Origin: Vicinamibacteria bacterium
Lineage (GTDB): Bacteria > Acidobacteriota > Vicinamibacteria > Marinacidobacterales > Marinacidobacteraceae
NCBI GenBank assembly: GCA_963668695.2
Contig: CAXXLQ010000004.1
Span: 2,944,001 to 3,008,000, forward strand
Direction: 5' to 3'
DNA length: 64,000 nt
The position numbers and the translations under genes were made by a program. Position 1 is the first letter of the stretch; every line of letters starts with the position of its first letter. The notes under the pieces were generated by a model. That model was not told the DNA's origin, did not search any database, and saw nothing but the letters and a program-made list of their open reading frames with translations. Shown here one piece after another: positions 38,611-47,946 of the stretch.

Positions 38611-38789
38611 CAGCCTGTGAACAAAGTGACGCGGCGTTCGAGCGGCGATGCATCCCGGCTGAACCGCGTCGCTTCGCGTCGCTCATCGTTGCGCTTCGGT
38701 CGAAATACACTGGGTATTCCTTCCTTGCGCGCCTTGTCAGCCGGGCGCCTCACCGCTCTCGGCGCTCACGTCACTTCATCCACAGGCTA
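38611..38789 (+). mobile_element. Family A MITE, cassette-free
   Basis: CAGCCTGTGAACAAAGTGACG...CGTCACTTCATCCACAGGCTA; flanks TTAG/CTAG. Confidence 0.87.
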
Positions 38790-38792
38790 CTA

Positions 38793-41147
38793 GTGTTCCT
38801 CGCGGTATTTGAGTGGCTGCTGGGCAGCCCCCCGGTCGCCTTCGAGCGCGGCCAGGTGGAACTGCTCGTTCCGTGGGGTGTTTTCTGGATCGCCGCCGGA
38901 CTGGTCGGGGTGCTCGTTTTCTTCCTGCTCGGCTATCGGCGCCTGGGAAGACGGCTCGGGCGGATGGGCCGCGTCCTGCTCGGGGCAGCGCGCGCCGCCG
39001 CCATCGCACTCGTTCTCCTCTGCCTGCTTCGGCCGCAACTCGTGTTGTCTCTGGTGGTGCCGCAGGAAAACGTCGTGGGTGTGCTGCTGGACGATTCGCG
39101 GAGCATGCAGATCGCCGACGCCGAAGCAGGGCTTCAGCGGAGCGAAGCCCTGCTGGCGGCATTTCCCGACGCCGGGAGCGAGGACGAGGACCGGACGGCT
39201 CTCGGTTCCCTCCTGCGGGAGAAATTCGTAACCCGACTCTTTCGCTTTTCCGAGACCACCGAACGGGTCGAGAGGGCTTCGGAACTTCGATTCGCCGGGG
39301 CGCGGACCGACGTGCTCGGGAGTCTCGCCCGGGTAGCCGATGAACTCGCTTCGTTGCCGGTCGCGGGGGTCGTGCTGGTCAGCGACGGTGCGGACACAGT
39401 CGTCGGAGGCGCGGAGGACGAGCTCGACCAGACCCTGCTCGACCTGCGGACGCGGGGGATCCGCGTCTACCCGGTGGTCCTCGGTCGTCCCGAGTTCGAG
39501 ACCGATCTGGAACTCGGCGCGCCCGACGTCCCCCCAAGGGTCCTTCGTGGCTCGCTGCTGGAAATCCGGGTTCCGCTGCGGGCGCGCGGGCTTCAAGGGC
39601 GCACGGCACGGGTGGAGGCTCTCGACGAGGGTCGGATCATCGCCACGGAGACGGTCCGTTTTGCGAGCGACACGGTGGAAACCACGGTGACGATCCTGGC
39701 GCCCGCTGAGGAAGCGGGCGCGCGGCGGTTGCGCTTTCGCGTAGCCCCGTTCCCCGGCGAAGCGCTGACTCGAAACAACGAGCAGAGCGTGCTGGTCGAG
39801 GTGGACGATCGGCCGCTCAAACTGCTCTATTTCGAAGGACAGCCGCGTTGGGAACTGAAATTCCTGCGGCGGGCGGTCGCAGGCGATCCCGAACTTCACG
39901 TTTCCTGCCTGGTACGCACGGCCGAGGGAAAGTTCTACCGGGTGGACGTAACGAGCGCCGAAGAACTGGCGGGAGGATTCCCGGATACCCGCGAGGAACT
40001 CTTCGGCTATGCGGGAGTGATCCTCGGCAGCGTGGAGGCAAGCTTTTTCAGCCAGGACCAACTCAACATGCTTCGGGATTTTGTGAGCCAGCGAGGTGGT
40101 GGTCTTCTGACGCTGGGGGGAACGATGGCCTACGGCGAAGGGGGATACCGGGATACCCCACTCGCGGAGATCCTGCCCCTGACGCTCCCCGAGACGCCGA
40201 CCTCTTCCCCGAACCCGACGGACCCACCTGTCCCGGCGGCCTTCCGCGAATTGCGCGTTCTCCCCACGCGGGCCGGTTCCCTCCATCCGGTCGTGCGGCT
40301 TGATCCCGACCCCCTGGTCAATGAGGACCGCTACCGGAACCTTCCTCCGCTCTCGAGCGTCAACCGGTTCGCGGAGCCCAAGCCCGGGGCGGCGGTATTG
40401 CTCGAGGGTTTGGGTCCCGGGGAGGAACCCGAGCCGGTGCTGCTGATCCAGAGGTTCGGTCGTGGCCGCTCGGCGAGCTTGACGGTGCAGGATTTGTGGG
40501 TGTGGCAGATGGACGCGGCAATCCCCGTCGACGACCAGACACACGAAGTGCTGTCGCGGCGCCTGCTCCGTTGGCTGGCCGCGGATTCTCCGCGGCGGTT
40601 GGAGGTGTCCGCATCCCCGGCCAAATCGCTGGTCGGCGAACGGGTCACCCTGCGGGCCCGCGTTGAGGACGAACGGTTCCTCGCGGTGAACGATGCCGTT
40701 GTGGAGGCGGAAGTCACGGGACCGGACGGTGTCATTACCGCGGTACCGCTGCGCTGGACCGGGCAGGGGGACGGCGAGTATTCCGGCGTCTATGTCACTG
40801 AGGGAGCCGGAACGCATGAAGTGGAAGTACGCGCCGACGGGGCCGGTCTCGCGCAGGACTCCGAGTCGCCTCGAGCTGGAACCCTGTTCGAAGCCGGGAA
40901 CGTGGACGACGAGTTCTTCGACGCGGAAGCGGATCCGAATCTGCTCTCGCGGATCGCGGACGCGACCGGCGGCCGGGTGTTCAAGGCGGGGGAGGCCGAA
41001 CAACTGGTGCTGGACCTCAGTCTCGCGGATTCGGGAACCACGGTCGTCGTCCGCCGGGAGTTGTGGAATGTTCCGGCGGTGTTTTTGATGTTGTTCGGGC
41101 TGCTCGCCGCTGATTGGGGCGTCCGGCACGCCCGGGGCCTTCCGTGA
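38793..41147 (+). CDS. Membrane protein with VWA-like and glutamine-amidotransferase-like domains
   Basis: N-terminal TMs then LLRPQL; LLDDSRSM (MIDAS-like), LVSDG; EGQPRWELKFLRR; FVSQRGGGLLTLGG; C-terminal TM; GTG start inferred. Confidence 0.75.
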   Translation: MFLAVFEWLLGSPPVAFERGQVELLVPWGVFWIAAGLVGVLVFFLLGYRRLGRRLGRMGRVLLGAARAAAIALVLLCLLRPQLVLSLVVPQENVVGVLLDDSRSMQIADAEAGLQRSEALLAAFPDAGSEDEDRTALGSLLREKFVTRLFRFSETTERVERASELRFAGARTDVLGSLARVADELASLPVAGVVLVSDGADTVVGGAEDELDQTLLDLRTRGIRVYPVVLGRPEFETDLELGAPDVPPRVLRGSLLEIRVPLRARGLQGRTARVEALDEGRIIATETVRFASDTVETTVTILAPAEEAGARRLRFRVAPFPGEALTRNNEQSVLVEVDDRPLKLLYFEGQPRWELKFLRRAVAGDPELHVSCLVRTAEGKFYRVDVTSAEELAGGFPDTREELFGYAGVILGSVEASFFSQDQLNMLRDFVSQRGGGLLTLGGTMAYGEGGYRDTPLAEILPLTLPETPTSSPNPTDPPVPAAFRELRVLPTRAGSLHPVVRLDPDPLVNEDRYRNLPPLSSVNRFAEPKPGAAVLLEGLGPGEEPEPVLLIQRFGRGRSASLTVQDLWVWQMDAAIPVDDQTHEVLSRRLLRWLAADSPRRLEVSASPAKSLVGERVTLRARVEDERFLAVNDAVVEAEVTGPDGVITAVPLRWTGQGDGEYSGVYVTEGAGTHEVEVRADGAGLAQDSESPRAGTLFEAGNVDDEFFDAEADPNLLSRIADATGGRVFKAGEAEQLVLDLSLADSGTTVVVRRELWNVPAVFLMLFGLLAADWGVRHARGLP

Positions 41148-42235
41148 GCGACGGGCCCGCGCACCGCGTTCAGCGCCGAGGGACTGCGACGCCGTGCGAA
41201 GTCCACCGACGCTGGGGCGTGACTTTCCTTGGCATCATGTTGCTGATCGGAGCCGAGGCGGCGCCGGCGTCGCCGGCGCCGGGCGGTGAGGGTGCGCCCG
41301 CGATGCTGATCGTGGCCGGGGTGGGCGGAACCCCCGAGCATCGGGAACGTTTTTCGGGTTGGGCGCGGGATCTTTGCGCCGCCGTAATGGCGGGGCCGGC
41401 TCCGGGCCGGGTGCGAGTCCTGGTGGAGCGGTTGCCCGAGGCGGAGGACGCCGGGCACTGTGCGCCCGCCGGGAGGAGCACCCAGGAGGAACTCGCACGG
41501 GAAATTGCGTCGGCGAGCGGGGCAAGCGCCGGTGGCGCCGGACTCGTGCTGGTCCTGATCGGGCACGGGAGCGGGGGTCCGAATCCGCGGTTCCAACTTC
41601 CCGGGCCCGATCTTTCTCCGGAGCGCCTCGGGGAAATGCTGGAGAGCGCCGAGGCAGGGCCGGTGACCATCGCGCACCTCGGAAGCGCCGCCGGGGCCTT
41701 CGTTCCGGCCCTTTCCGGTCCGGGGCGGGTGCTGCTCACGGCGTCGCGCGCTCACGAGACGAACGAAACGCGTTTCGCCCGGCACTTCATCGCCTCTTTT
41801 TCCGGGGACGACGCCGACCAGAACCGGGACGGGCGTCTCTCCGCACTGGAGGCCTTTGACTTCGCCCGCCTCGGAGTGGAACGCGAATACGAACGCGAAG
41901 GTCTGCTCCAGAGCGAACACGCGCTCCTCGATGACAACGGAGACGGCGTCGGGAGCCTCGAACCCGAGATGGCCGCGGGGTCGGACGGCGTGCTCGCTGC
42001 CCGGCGTCCGCTGCTGTTTCGGACCGCGGAGGCGGTGGCGGAGAGCGGAGCGGACAGTCCCGAGATTCAGCGCCTCGTCGCCGAGCGGGACGCGCTCGCG
42101 GCCCGGGTGGACGCCCTCCGGGAGTTGAGGGACGGTATGGACGAGGAGACATACCTCACGGAACTCGAAGGGCTGCTCCTTCAGATCGCCGAACTCGCGG
42201 AACGGATCGGGGCGCTCCGGGGGGAGCCGGAGTGA
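41144..42235 (+). CDS. Exported caspase/C13-like fold protein with EF-hand-like loops and coiled-coil tail
   Basis: LVLIGHGS; HLGSAAGAF; RVLLTAS; DQNRDGRLSALE; LLDDNGDG; GTGA overlap with the previous gene. Confidence 0.55.
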   Translation: MSDGPAHRVQRRGTATPCEVHRRWGVTFLGIMLLIGAEAAPASPAPGGEGAPAMLIVAGVGGTPEHRERFSGWARDLCAAVMAGPAPGRVRVLVERLPEAEDAGHCAPAGRSTQEELAREIASASGASAGGAGLVLVLIGHGSGGPNPRFQLPGPDLSPERLGEMLESAEAGPVTIAHLGSAAGAFVPALSGPGRVLLTASRAHETNETRFARHFIASFSGDDADQNRDGRLSALEAFDFARLGVEREYEREGLLQSEHALLDDNGDGVGSLEPEMAAGSDGVLAARRPLLFRTAEAVAESGADSPEIQRLVAERDALAARVDALRELRDGMDEETYLTELEGLLLQIAELAERIGALRGEPE

Positions 42236-44976
42236 ACCGCCGGTCTCAGCGAAGAACCGCGCGGGACGCGGCGGCTGCCGTATTCCTGCTACTCCTCGCC
42301 TCTTTTCCCGCCGCCGGCGGACCTTCACCGGTTTTTGGAGGTCAGACGGAGCCGGACTCCGACCGCGGTGGGTGGCCTCCCGGTCCCGAGTCAGGGGCGG
42401 CGGCTCTCCGCTCCGGCCGCTACGCCGAGGCCGAGGCAGCCTACCGGGCTGCCCTGAGCGAAGCCGGCGCCCGCCTCGGGCTTGCAGAGACGCTGCGGCT
42501 CACCGGCAGGTATCGGGAGGCCCTTGAAGTTCTGGAGCCGGAGGCGGCGGACACCCCCCCTCCTGCCGCGGAACTTCTGGCGCGGGCGGAACTCCACGTC
42601 GAAATGGGCGAGGGTGAACCGGCGGAGGTTCTCCTGCGCCAGCGACTGGAAACGGGACACTCTTCCGGCGCGGGTCCACAGCTCGAGGCGGAAACGCTGC
42701 TCGCGCTGCTCGAACTTCGTCGCGGGAAGCGTGAAGCAGGCCTCGCCCGGCTCGATCGGGTCATTGACGTCTACAACGGATCCCCGGGAGTACCCTTCAG
42801 CACCCGCGAACTCAGCGCCGTGGGGAGAGCCGCTGCCGCGCTCGGCTTTCAGAACCCGGGGCTGTTTCGCGACGCGCTCCGGGTCTTCGATGAAGCGGTG
42901 CGGTTCGACCCCGGTGACCCGCTTCCAATTCTGCTGGCGGGAGAACTACTCCTCGACAAGTTCAACACCGCGGAGGCGGCCGAAAGCGTCGCGGCCGTGC
43001 TACGGGACAACCCCAGGCATCCGCAGGCGCTCTTGCTGATGGCCCGGATCCAGGAACGTCAGGGCGTTGCCATGGGGGAAGAAGGCGGGCAGGTGGACGC
43101 GCTCGCCGAGCTTCTTGCCGTCAATCCGAACTTTCCGCCAGCGCGGGCCCTCGAGGTCCAGCGGCTGCTTGAACAGGAACGCCACAACGAGGCCGAGAGC
43201 CGGGCGGTGGCCGCCTTCGAGGAGTTGCCGGAGTCCCCCGAGATCGTCGCTGCCCTGGCCGCAGTCCGCTTCCTTACCGGCGACGACGTGGCGCTTGCCG
43301 AGTTGGAAGCCCGCTACCAGGACAACTGGGCGGGTGACCCGCACCTCGATCTGGCCCTGGCATCCGCCGCCGAGCGGCGCCGCTGGTATCGGGACGCGGC
43401 CCGCCGGAGCCGAGCCGCGCTCGCGCGACGGCCCGACTCGCCCGCGGCGTTTCGGCTGCTGGGTTTGAATCTGCTCCGGCTCGGGGAAACCGGTAAGGGG
43501 CGGGAGGCGCTGGAGGAGGCGTTTTCGCGGGACCCGTTCGACGCTTTGGTCAAGAACACTTTAGACCTGCTGGATGAACTCGATGGCTTTGAGACAGTGA
43601 CTTCAGCACCCTTCGAGTTCGTCTTGCCGGCGGGAGAGGCGGAAGTCCTGGGCCCCTACATCGAGGAGGTGTCGCGGGAGGCGGTGGAGTCCTTCCGGCG
43701 CCGCTACGGCTACGAGCCGTCGGGAACGCTTCGGATCGAGATCTACGATCGTTCTGCAGACTTTTCGGTACGCACGGTGGGAATCACGGGGATCGGCGCC
43801 CACGGCGTCTGCTTCGGGAACGTGATCGCAATGGAGTCCCCGTCGGCGCGGGAGATCGGTTCTTACCACTGGGCCTCGACGCTGTGGCACGAACTGGCGC
43901 ACGCTGCGTCCATGGGTCTTACCGACAATCGGGTTCCCCGCTGGTTCACCGAAGGACTGAGCCTGCTGGAGGAGCGTTGGCGTTTCGGCGACGGTGCCGG
44001 GTTGGCGTTCTTCGCCGCTCTCCGGGACGGGCGGCTCCTCGACGTTCCCCACCTGAACGATGGCTTCATCCGGCCAACCTGGCCGGGACAGGTGGCGGTC
44101 TCATACTTTCATGCCTCCCTGGTGCTCGAACACATCGAGCGCGAATACGGGTTTGACGCCATCCTGGCGATGCTCAAGGGCTACCGGCAGGGGCTGAGCA
44201 CCGTCGAGGTCATCGAGCAAACCCTCGGGGTCAACCCGGAGTCGCTCGACGAAGCGGTCGACGCGCTGATCGACGCCCGTTTCGGTGCGACCGCCCGGGG
44301 ACTCTCGGAATCGGGCGCCGAAGCGGCCGAGCCCCCGGATGTCCCGCTGCCGGAGGGAGATCACGGGTTCGAGGGGCTGATGGCCCGCGCGGATGCCGCG
44401 CCGACGAACTTCGCACTCCAGATCCGGGCCGGGATTGCGCTCCAGGAGGCCGGCCGTGGTGAAGAGGCCGCCGAGCGCTTCGAACGCGCCGCCGAAATCG
44501 CCTCCGAGTACGGTGGGGCGGACGGACCCCATCGCTACCTCTCCCTGCTGCACGCGCAGGCGAATCGCCCCGAACAGGCCCGGCTGTCGCTCAAGCGACA
44601 CCTCGAACGGGTCCCGGCGGCGTACGATGACTGGCTCCGACTGGCAGCCATGTATTCCGCAACCGAGGAACCGCGAGAAGCCGGCGCAGCCCTGAGGTCC
44701 GCCATCGAGGCCTATCCCATGCTTCCCGAACCCCACGAACGTCTCGCGGAAGCCGCGGCGGCCCAGGGACTGAGCGATCTCGAAGTTCGGGAGCGCCAAG
44801 CGGCCCTGGCGAGCGGCTCGCCGGACCGTGCCGGTGCGCTCTATTCTCTGGCGCTGGCCCATTTTCGGGCCGGCGACCGCGATGCGGCCCGGCGCCGGGT
44901 GCTCGAGGCGCTGGAGATTGCCCCCACCTTCGATTCTGCCCTCCGGCTGCTGCTGGATCTGAGGAGGGAAGGCTGA
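42232..44976 (+). CDS. Exported TPR-repeat protein with central gluzincin (peptidase MA-like) domain
   Basis: Many TPR-like helices; LWHELAH...VPRWFTEG. Confidence 0.8.
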   Translation: MNRRSQRRTARDAAAAVFLLLLASFPAAGGPSPVFGGQTEPDSDRGGWPPGPESGAAALRSGRYAEAEAAYRAALSEAGARLGLAETLRLTGRYREALEVLEPEAADTPPPAAELLARAELHVEMGEGEPAEVLLRQRLETGHSSGAGPQLEAETLLALLELRRGKREAGLARLDRVIDVYNGSPGVPFSTRELSAVGRAAAALGFQNPGLFRDALRVFDEAVRFDPGDPLPILLAGELLLDKFNTAEAAESVAAVLRDNPRHPQALLLMARIQERQGVAMGEEGGQVDALAELLAVNPNFPPARALEVQRLLEQERHNEAESRAVAAFEELPESPEIVAALAAVRFLTGDDVALAELEARYQDNWAGDPHLDLALASAAERRRWYRDAARRSRAALARRPDSPAAFRLLGLNLLRLGETGKGREALEEAFSRDPFDALVKNTLDLLDELDGFETVTSAPFEFVLPAGEAEVLGPYIEEVSREAVESFRRRYGYEPSGTLRIEIYDRSADFSVRTVGITGIGAHGVCFGNVIAMESPSAREIGSYHWASTLWHELAHAASMGLTDNRVPRWFTEGLSLLEERWRFGDGAGLAFFAALRDGRLLDVPHLNDGFIRPTWPGQVAVSYFHASLVLEHIEREYGFDAILAMLKGYRQGLSTVEVIEQTLGVNPESLDEAVDALIDARFGATARGLSESGAEAAEPPDVPLPEGDHGFEGLMARADAAPTNFALQIRAGIALQEAGRGEEAAERFERAAEIASEYGGADGPHRYLSLLHAQANRPEQARLSLKRHLERVPAAYDDWLRLAAMYSATEEPREAGAALRSAIEAYPMLPEPHERLAEAAAAQGLSDLEVRERQAALASGSPDRAGALYSLALAHFRAGDRDAARRRVLEALEIAPTFDSALRLLLDLRREG

Positions 44977-45864
44977 GTGTCCTTTTCGACGGGCGGAGGC
45001 TGGAGAGCGGCCCGGCGGATCGGCGCCGCCGTGATCCTGTTGAGCGCGCTGGGCGCGGGTCTCTTCGCGGCGGGCCGGCGCTGGAGCGTGCCGGTGAAAC
45101 CGCGGGGGGACACCCCCGGCGCGGGGGATGGGTTCGAGCTCACCGCGACCTTCCGTCCCGACCCGAACGCGGTGGAACTCCCGCTCGACTACGACAACTT
45201 TCCCTATAGCGACCGTTTCACCTTTGCGCGGGTCCGTTTCGAGCCCCCGCGCTACCGCCGGGGCGGGTTCTATTGGGGGCTCGACCTGAAGTGGAACCAC
45301 GACTACCCGTGGGGTGAGCAGAACTTCACCCGGATCCTCGGGGAGTACACCTCTCTCACTCTCAACGAGGGCGGAGGCGATATCTATTCGCTGAATGAGG
45401 CAGGCCTCTTCCGGCGTCCGTTCGCGTATCTGTGCGAAGTCGGGTTCTGGGAACCGAGCGACCAGGAGGCGGAGAATCTGCGCGCCTGGCTGCTCAAGGG
45501 CGGATTCCTGGTCGTGGATGACTTCGTGCAGGCTCGCCAACTCGGCAACTTCCTCGACCAGATGCAGCGCGTTCTCCCCGGCTACGACGCAGTGGAGCTC
45601 GACGTCTCACACCCGGTCTTCGACTCCTTTTTCCACATCGAGACACTGGACTTCGAGCATGCCCTCCGTCCGGATCTCGTTCCCGTGTACTACGGATTCT
45701 TCGAGAACAACGACCCCGACCAGCGCCTGATGGTGATCGCCAACTACAACCACGACATCGGCGACTACTGGGAGTGGTCGGGCAATGACTTCTGGCCGGT
45801 CGCGCTGACCAACGAGGCGTTCAAGCTGGGCGTGAACTACGTCATTTACGGAATGATTCACTGA
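44977..45864 (+). CDS. DUF4159-family protein (copy 2)
   Basis: WNHDYP; LRAWLLKGGFLVVDDF; SHPVFDSFF; NHDIGDYWE; LGVNYVIYGMIH. Confidence 0.85.
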   Translation: MSFSTGGGWRAARRIGAAVILLSALGAGLFAAGRRWSVPVKPRGDTPGAGDGFELTATFRPDPNAVELPLDYDNFPYSDRFTFARVRFEPPRYRRGGFYWGLDLKWNHDYPWGEQNFTRILGEYTSLTLNEGGGDIYSLNEAGLFRRPFAYLCEVGFWEPSDQEAENLRAWLLKGGFLVVDDFVQARQLGNFLDQMQRVLPGYDAVELDVSHPVFDSFFHIETLDFEHALRPDLVPVYYGFFENNDPDQRLMVIANYNHDIGDYWEWSGNDFWPVALTNEAFKLGVNYVIYGMIH

Positions 45865-45894
45865 CCGCGGCACGCCGTTGAAACGGAGGACCTC

Positions 45895-46953
45895 TTGTCA
45901 AATCAGGACCTGAACCCGGGTGGCTTCGCCACCGCGGTGGCGGAGCCGCCCGCTGTTTCCGACGGCGAACTCGCCGACCGGATGCGGGAGGCGGCCGACC
46001 GCGTCACCGCCGAGATCCGGAAGCGGATCATCGGACAGGAGCAGGCGGTCGAGGAGGTACTGATCAGCCTCTTCGTCGGCGGCAACAGCATCATCACCGG
46101 CGTTCCCGGTCTCGCCAAGACCATGATCGTCCAGACCCTCTCGGAAGTCCTCGCCCTTCGCTTCCAGCGGATCCAGTTCACGCCCGACCTGATGCCGTCG
46201 GACATCACCGGAACCGACATCATTCAGGAGAACCCGGAGACCGGGAGGCGCAACCTGGTCTTCGTGCCCGGCCCGGTGTTCGCCAACATCGTGCTCGCGG
46301 ACGAAATCAACCGGACCTCGCCCAAGACCCAGTCCGCCCTGCTGGAGGCCATGCAGGAGCATCAGGTGACCGTCCAGGGCCGTACCTATCCGTTACCCGA
46401 GCCCTATTTCGTGTTCGCGACTCAGAACCCCATCGAACTGGAGGGCACCTATCCGCTTCCGGAAGCGCAGCTCGACCGCTTCCTCTTCAACATCATCATC
46501 GACTATCTGCCCGTCGATCAGGAGCGCGAGGTCGTTCGCTTAACGACCTCGGACCGTGTCGCAGAGCTGGAGAACGTCCTTTCGGGAGAGGAGCTCCTCG
46601 AGTTCCAGCGACTCGTCCGCCGGGTCCCGGTTTCGGAGCCGGTGCTCGCTTATGCCGTGGACCTGGCGCGGCGCAGCCGCCCCGGAGAAGCCGGAGCTCC
46701 GGACTTCGTGAACGAGCAGGTCCAGTACGGCGCCAGCGTTCGCGCCGCGCAGTACTCGGTGCTCGGTGGCAAGGCGCGCGCGCTCATGCACGGCCGGCAC
46801 CACGTGGCGATCGAAGACGTGCAGGCGCTGGCGCCGCCGATCTTCCGGCACCGGGTATTGCCGAACTTCCACGCGCAGTCGGAAAGGGTGGACTCGGAGG
46901 CCATCGTCCGGCGCCTGATCCAAGAAGTACCGGTGCCGGCGTCCCGGATGTAA
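45895..46953 (+). CDS. MoxR-family AAA+ ATPase
   Basis: GVPGLAKT; [15 protein letters not shown]; LADEINR; [22 protein letters not shown]. Confidence 0.95.
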   Translation: MSNQDLNPGGFATAVAEPPAVSDGELADRMREAADRVTAEIRKRIIGQEQAVEEVLISLFVGGNSIITGVPGLAKTMIVQTLSEVLALRFQRIQFTPDLMPSDITGTDIIQENPETGRRNLVFVPGPVFANIVLADEINRTSPKTQSALLEAMQEHQVTVQGRTYPLPEPYFVFATQNPIELEGTYPLPEAQLDRFLFNIIIDYLPVDQEREVVRLTTSDRVAELENVLSGEELLEFQRLVRRVPVSEPVLAYAVDLARRSRPGEAGAPDFVNEQVQYGASVRAAQYSVLGGKARALMHGRHHVAIEDVQALAPPIFRHRVLPNFHAQSERVDSEAIVRRLIQEVPVPASRM

Positions 46954-46986
46954 GTACCTCTCCCGGCACTTCCATCCACTCCAGTC

Positions 46987-47937
46987 ATGCCGACCGCCAG
47001 CTCGCGGTTCATTGATCCCGCGGCCCTCGCCCGGATCCAGAACCTGTCGCTCGTTGCGAAGATGGTGGTGCAGGGATTCATCAGCGGTCTCCATCGTTCC
47101 ACGTTCCTGGGCCGTTCCATCGACTTCGCTGAACACCGGCCCTACATGCCCGGAGACGACATCCGGCGGCTCGACTGGCGACTCTTCGCCCGTTCCGACC
47201 GTTTTCACGTCAAGGAGTTCGAGGCCGATACAAACGCCAACTTCGTCGTCGCCGTCGATGTCTCACGCTCCATGGACTTTGGCTGGCGAGGCATCCGGAA
47301 GCTGGATTACGCCCGTTTCCTCGCCGGCAGCCTGACTGCGTTCTCCAGGTCCCAGCGGGACCGGGTGGGGGTGGCCATCTTCGATCACGAACTTCGGGAG
47401 TTCGTCCCTCCCTCGGCGAAGCATCTGGAAACGGTTCTCCAGCACCTCGCCCGGGCGGCTCCGCCGCCGGAACCGGACGCTCGGAGAAGAAAGGTGGCCG
47501 AATCCGATCTCGGACCTCCGCTCGCCCGCCTGGGAGCAGCGCTCGGACGGCGGGGGCTCGTTGCCGTGGTCTCGGACTTCTACGAACCCCCCGAACAGGT
47601 GCTCGCCGCGTTCGACCGGCTCCGCGTCACCGGGCACGACATCATGGCGTTCCATGTCCTCGACCCGGCGGAACTGGACCTTGATCTTGAGGGAGCCCCC
47701 GGCTTCGAGGAGTCCGGGACCAGGTTTCGCGATCTCGAATCGGGAGCCGTACTCGACCTCTCGCCCAGCCGCGCCCGCGACCGCTACCGGAATGCCATGT
47801 CCGAACACATCCGCGCACTCCGCCTGGGTTTCGCTCGCCACGGCGTGGACTACGTCCTGACCGATACGAAGACCCCCCTTGATTTCGCGTTGTTCCGCTA
47901 CCTGAGCGAGCGGGAAGGCCGCCGCCGCCGGCGTTAG
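46987..47937 (+). CDS. DUF58-family protein
   Basis: GLHRS...GRSIDFAEHRPYMPGDDIRRLDWR; VKEFE; DVSRSM; VSDF. Confidence 0.92.
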   Translation: MPTASSRFIDPAALARIQNLSLVAKMVVQGFISGLHRSTFLGRSIDFAEHRPYMPGDDIRRLDWRLFARSDRFHVKEFEADTNANFVVAVDVSRSMDFGWRGIRKLDYARFLAGSLTAFSRSQRDRVGVAIFDHELREFVPPSAKHLETVLQHLARAAPPPEPDARRRKVAESDLGPPLARLGAALGRRGLVAVVSDFYEPPEQVLAAFDRLRVTGHDIMAFHVLDPAELDLDLEGAPGFEESGTRFRDLESGAVLDLSPSRARDRYRNAMSEHIRALRLGFARHGVDYVLTDTKTPLDFALFRYLSEREGRRRRR

Positions 47938-47946
47938 AAGCAGCCC

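Noticed and set aside
38499-38792. N-terminal extension of the VWA/GATase-like gene through the MITE (similar extensions at 55781, 36228 and 32798)
   Set aside because: The translated sequence is MITE-derived and overlaps neighbouring features; better starts exist downstream.
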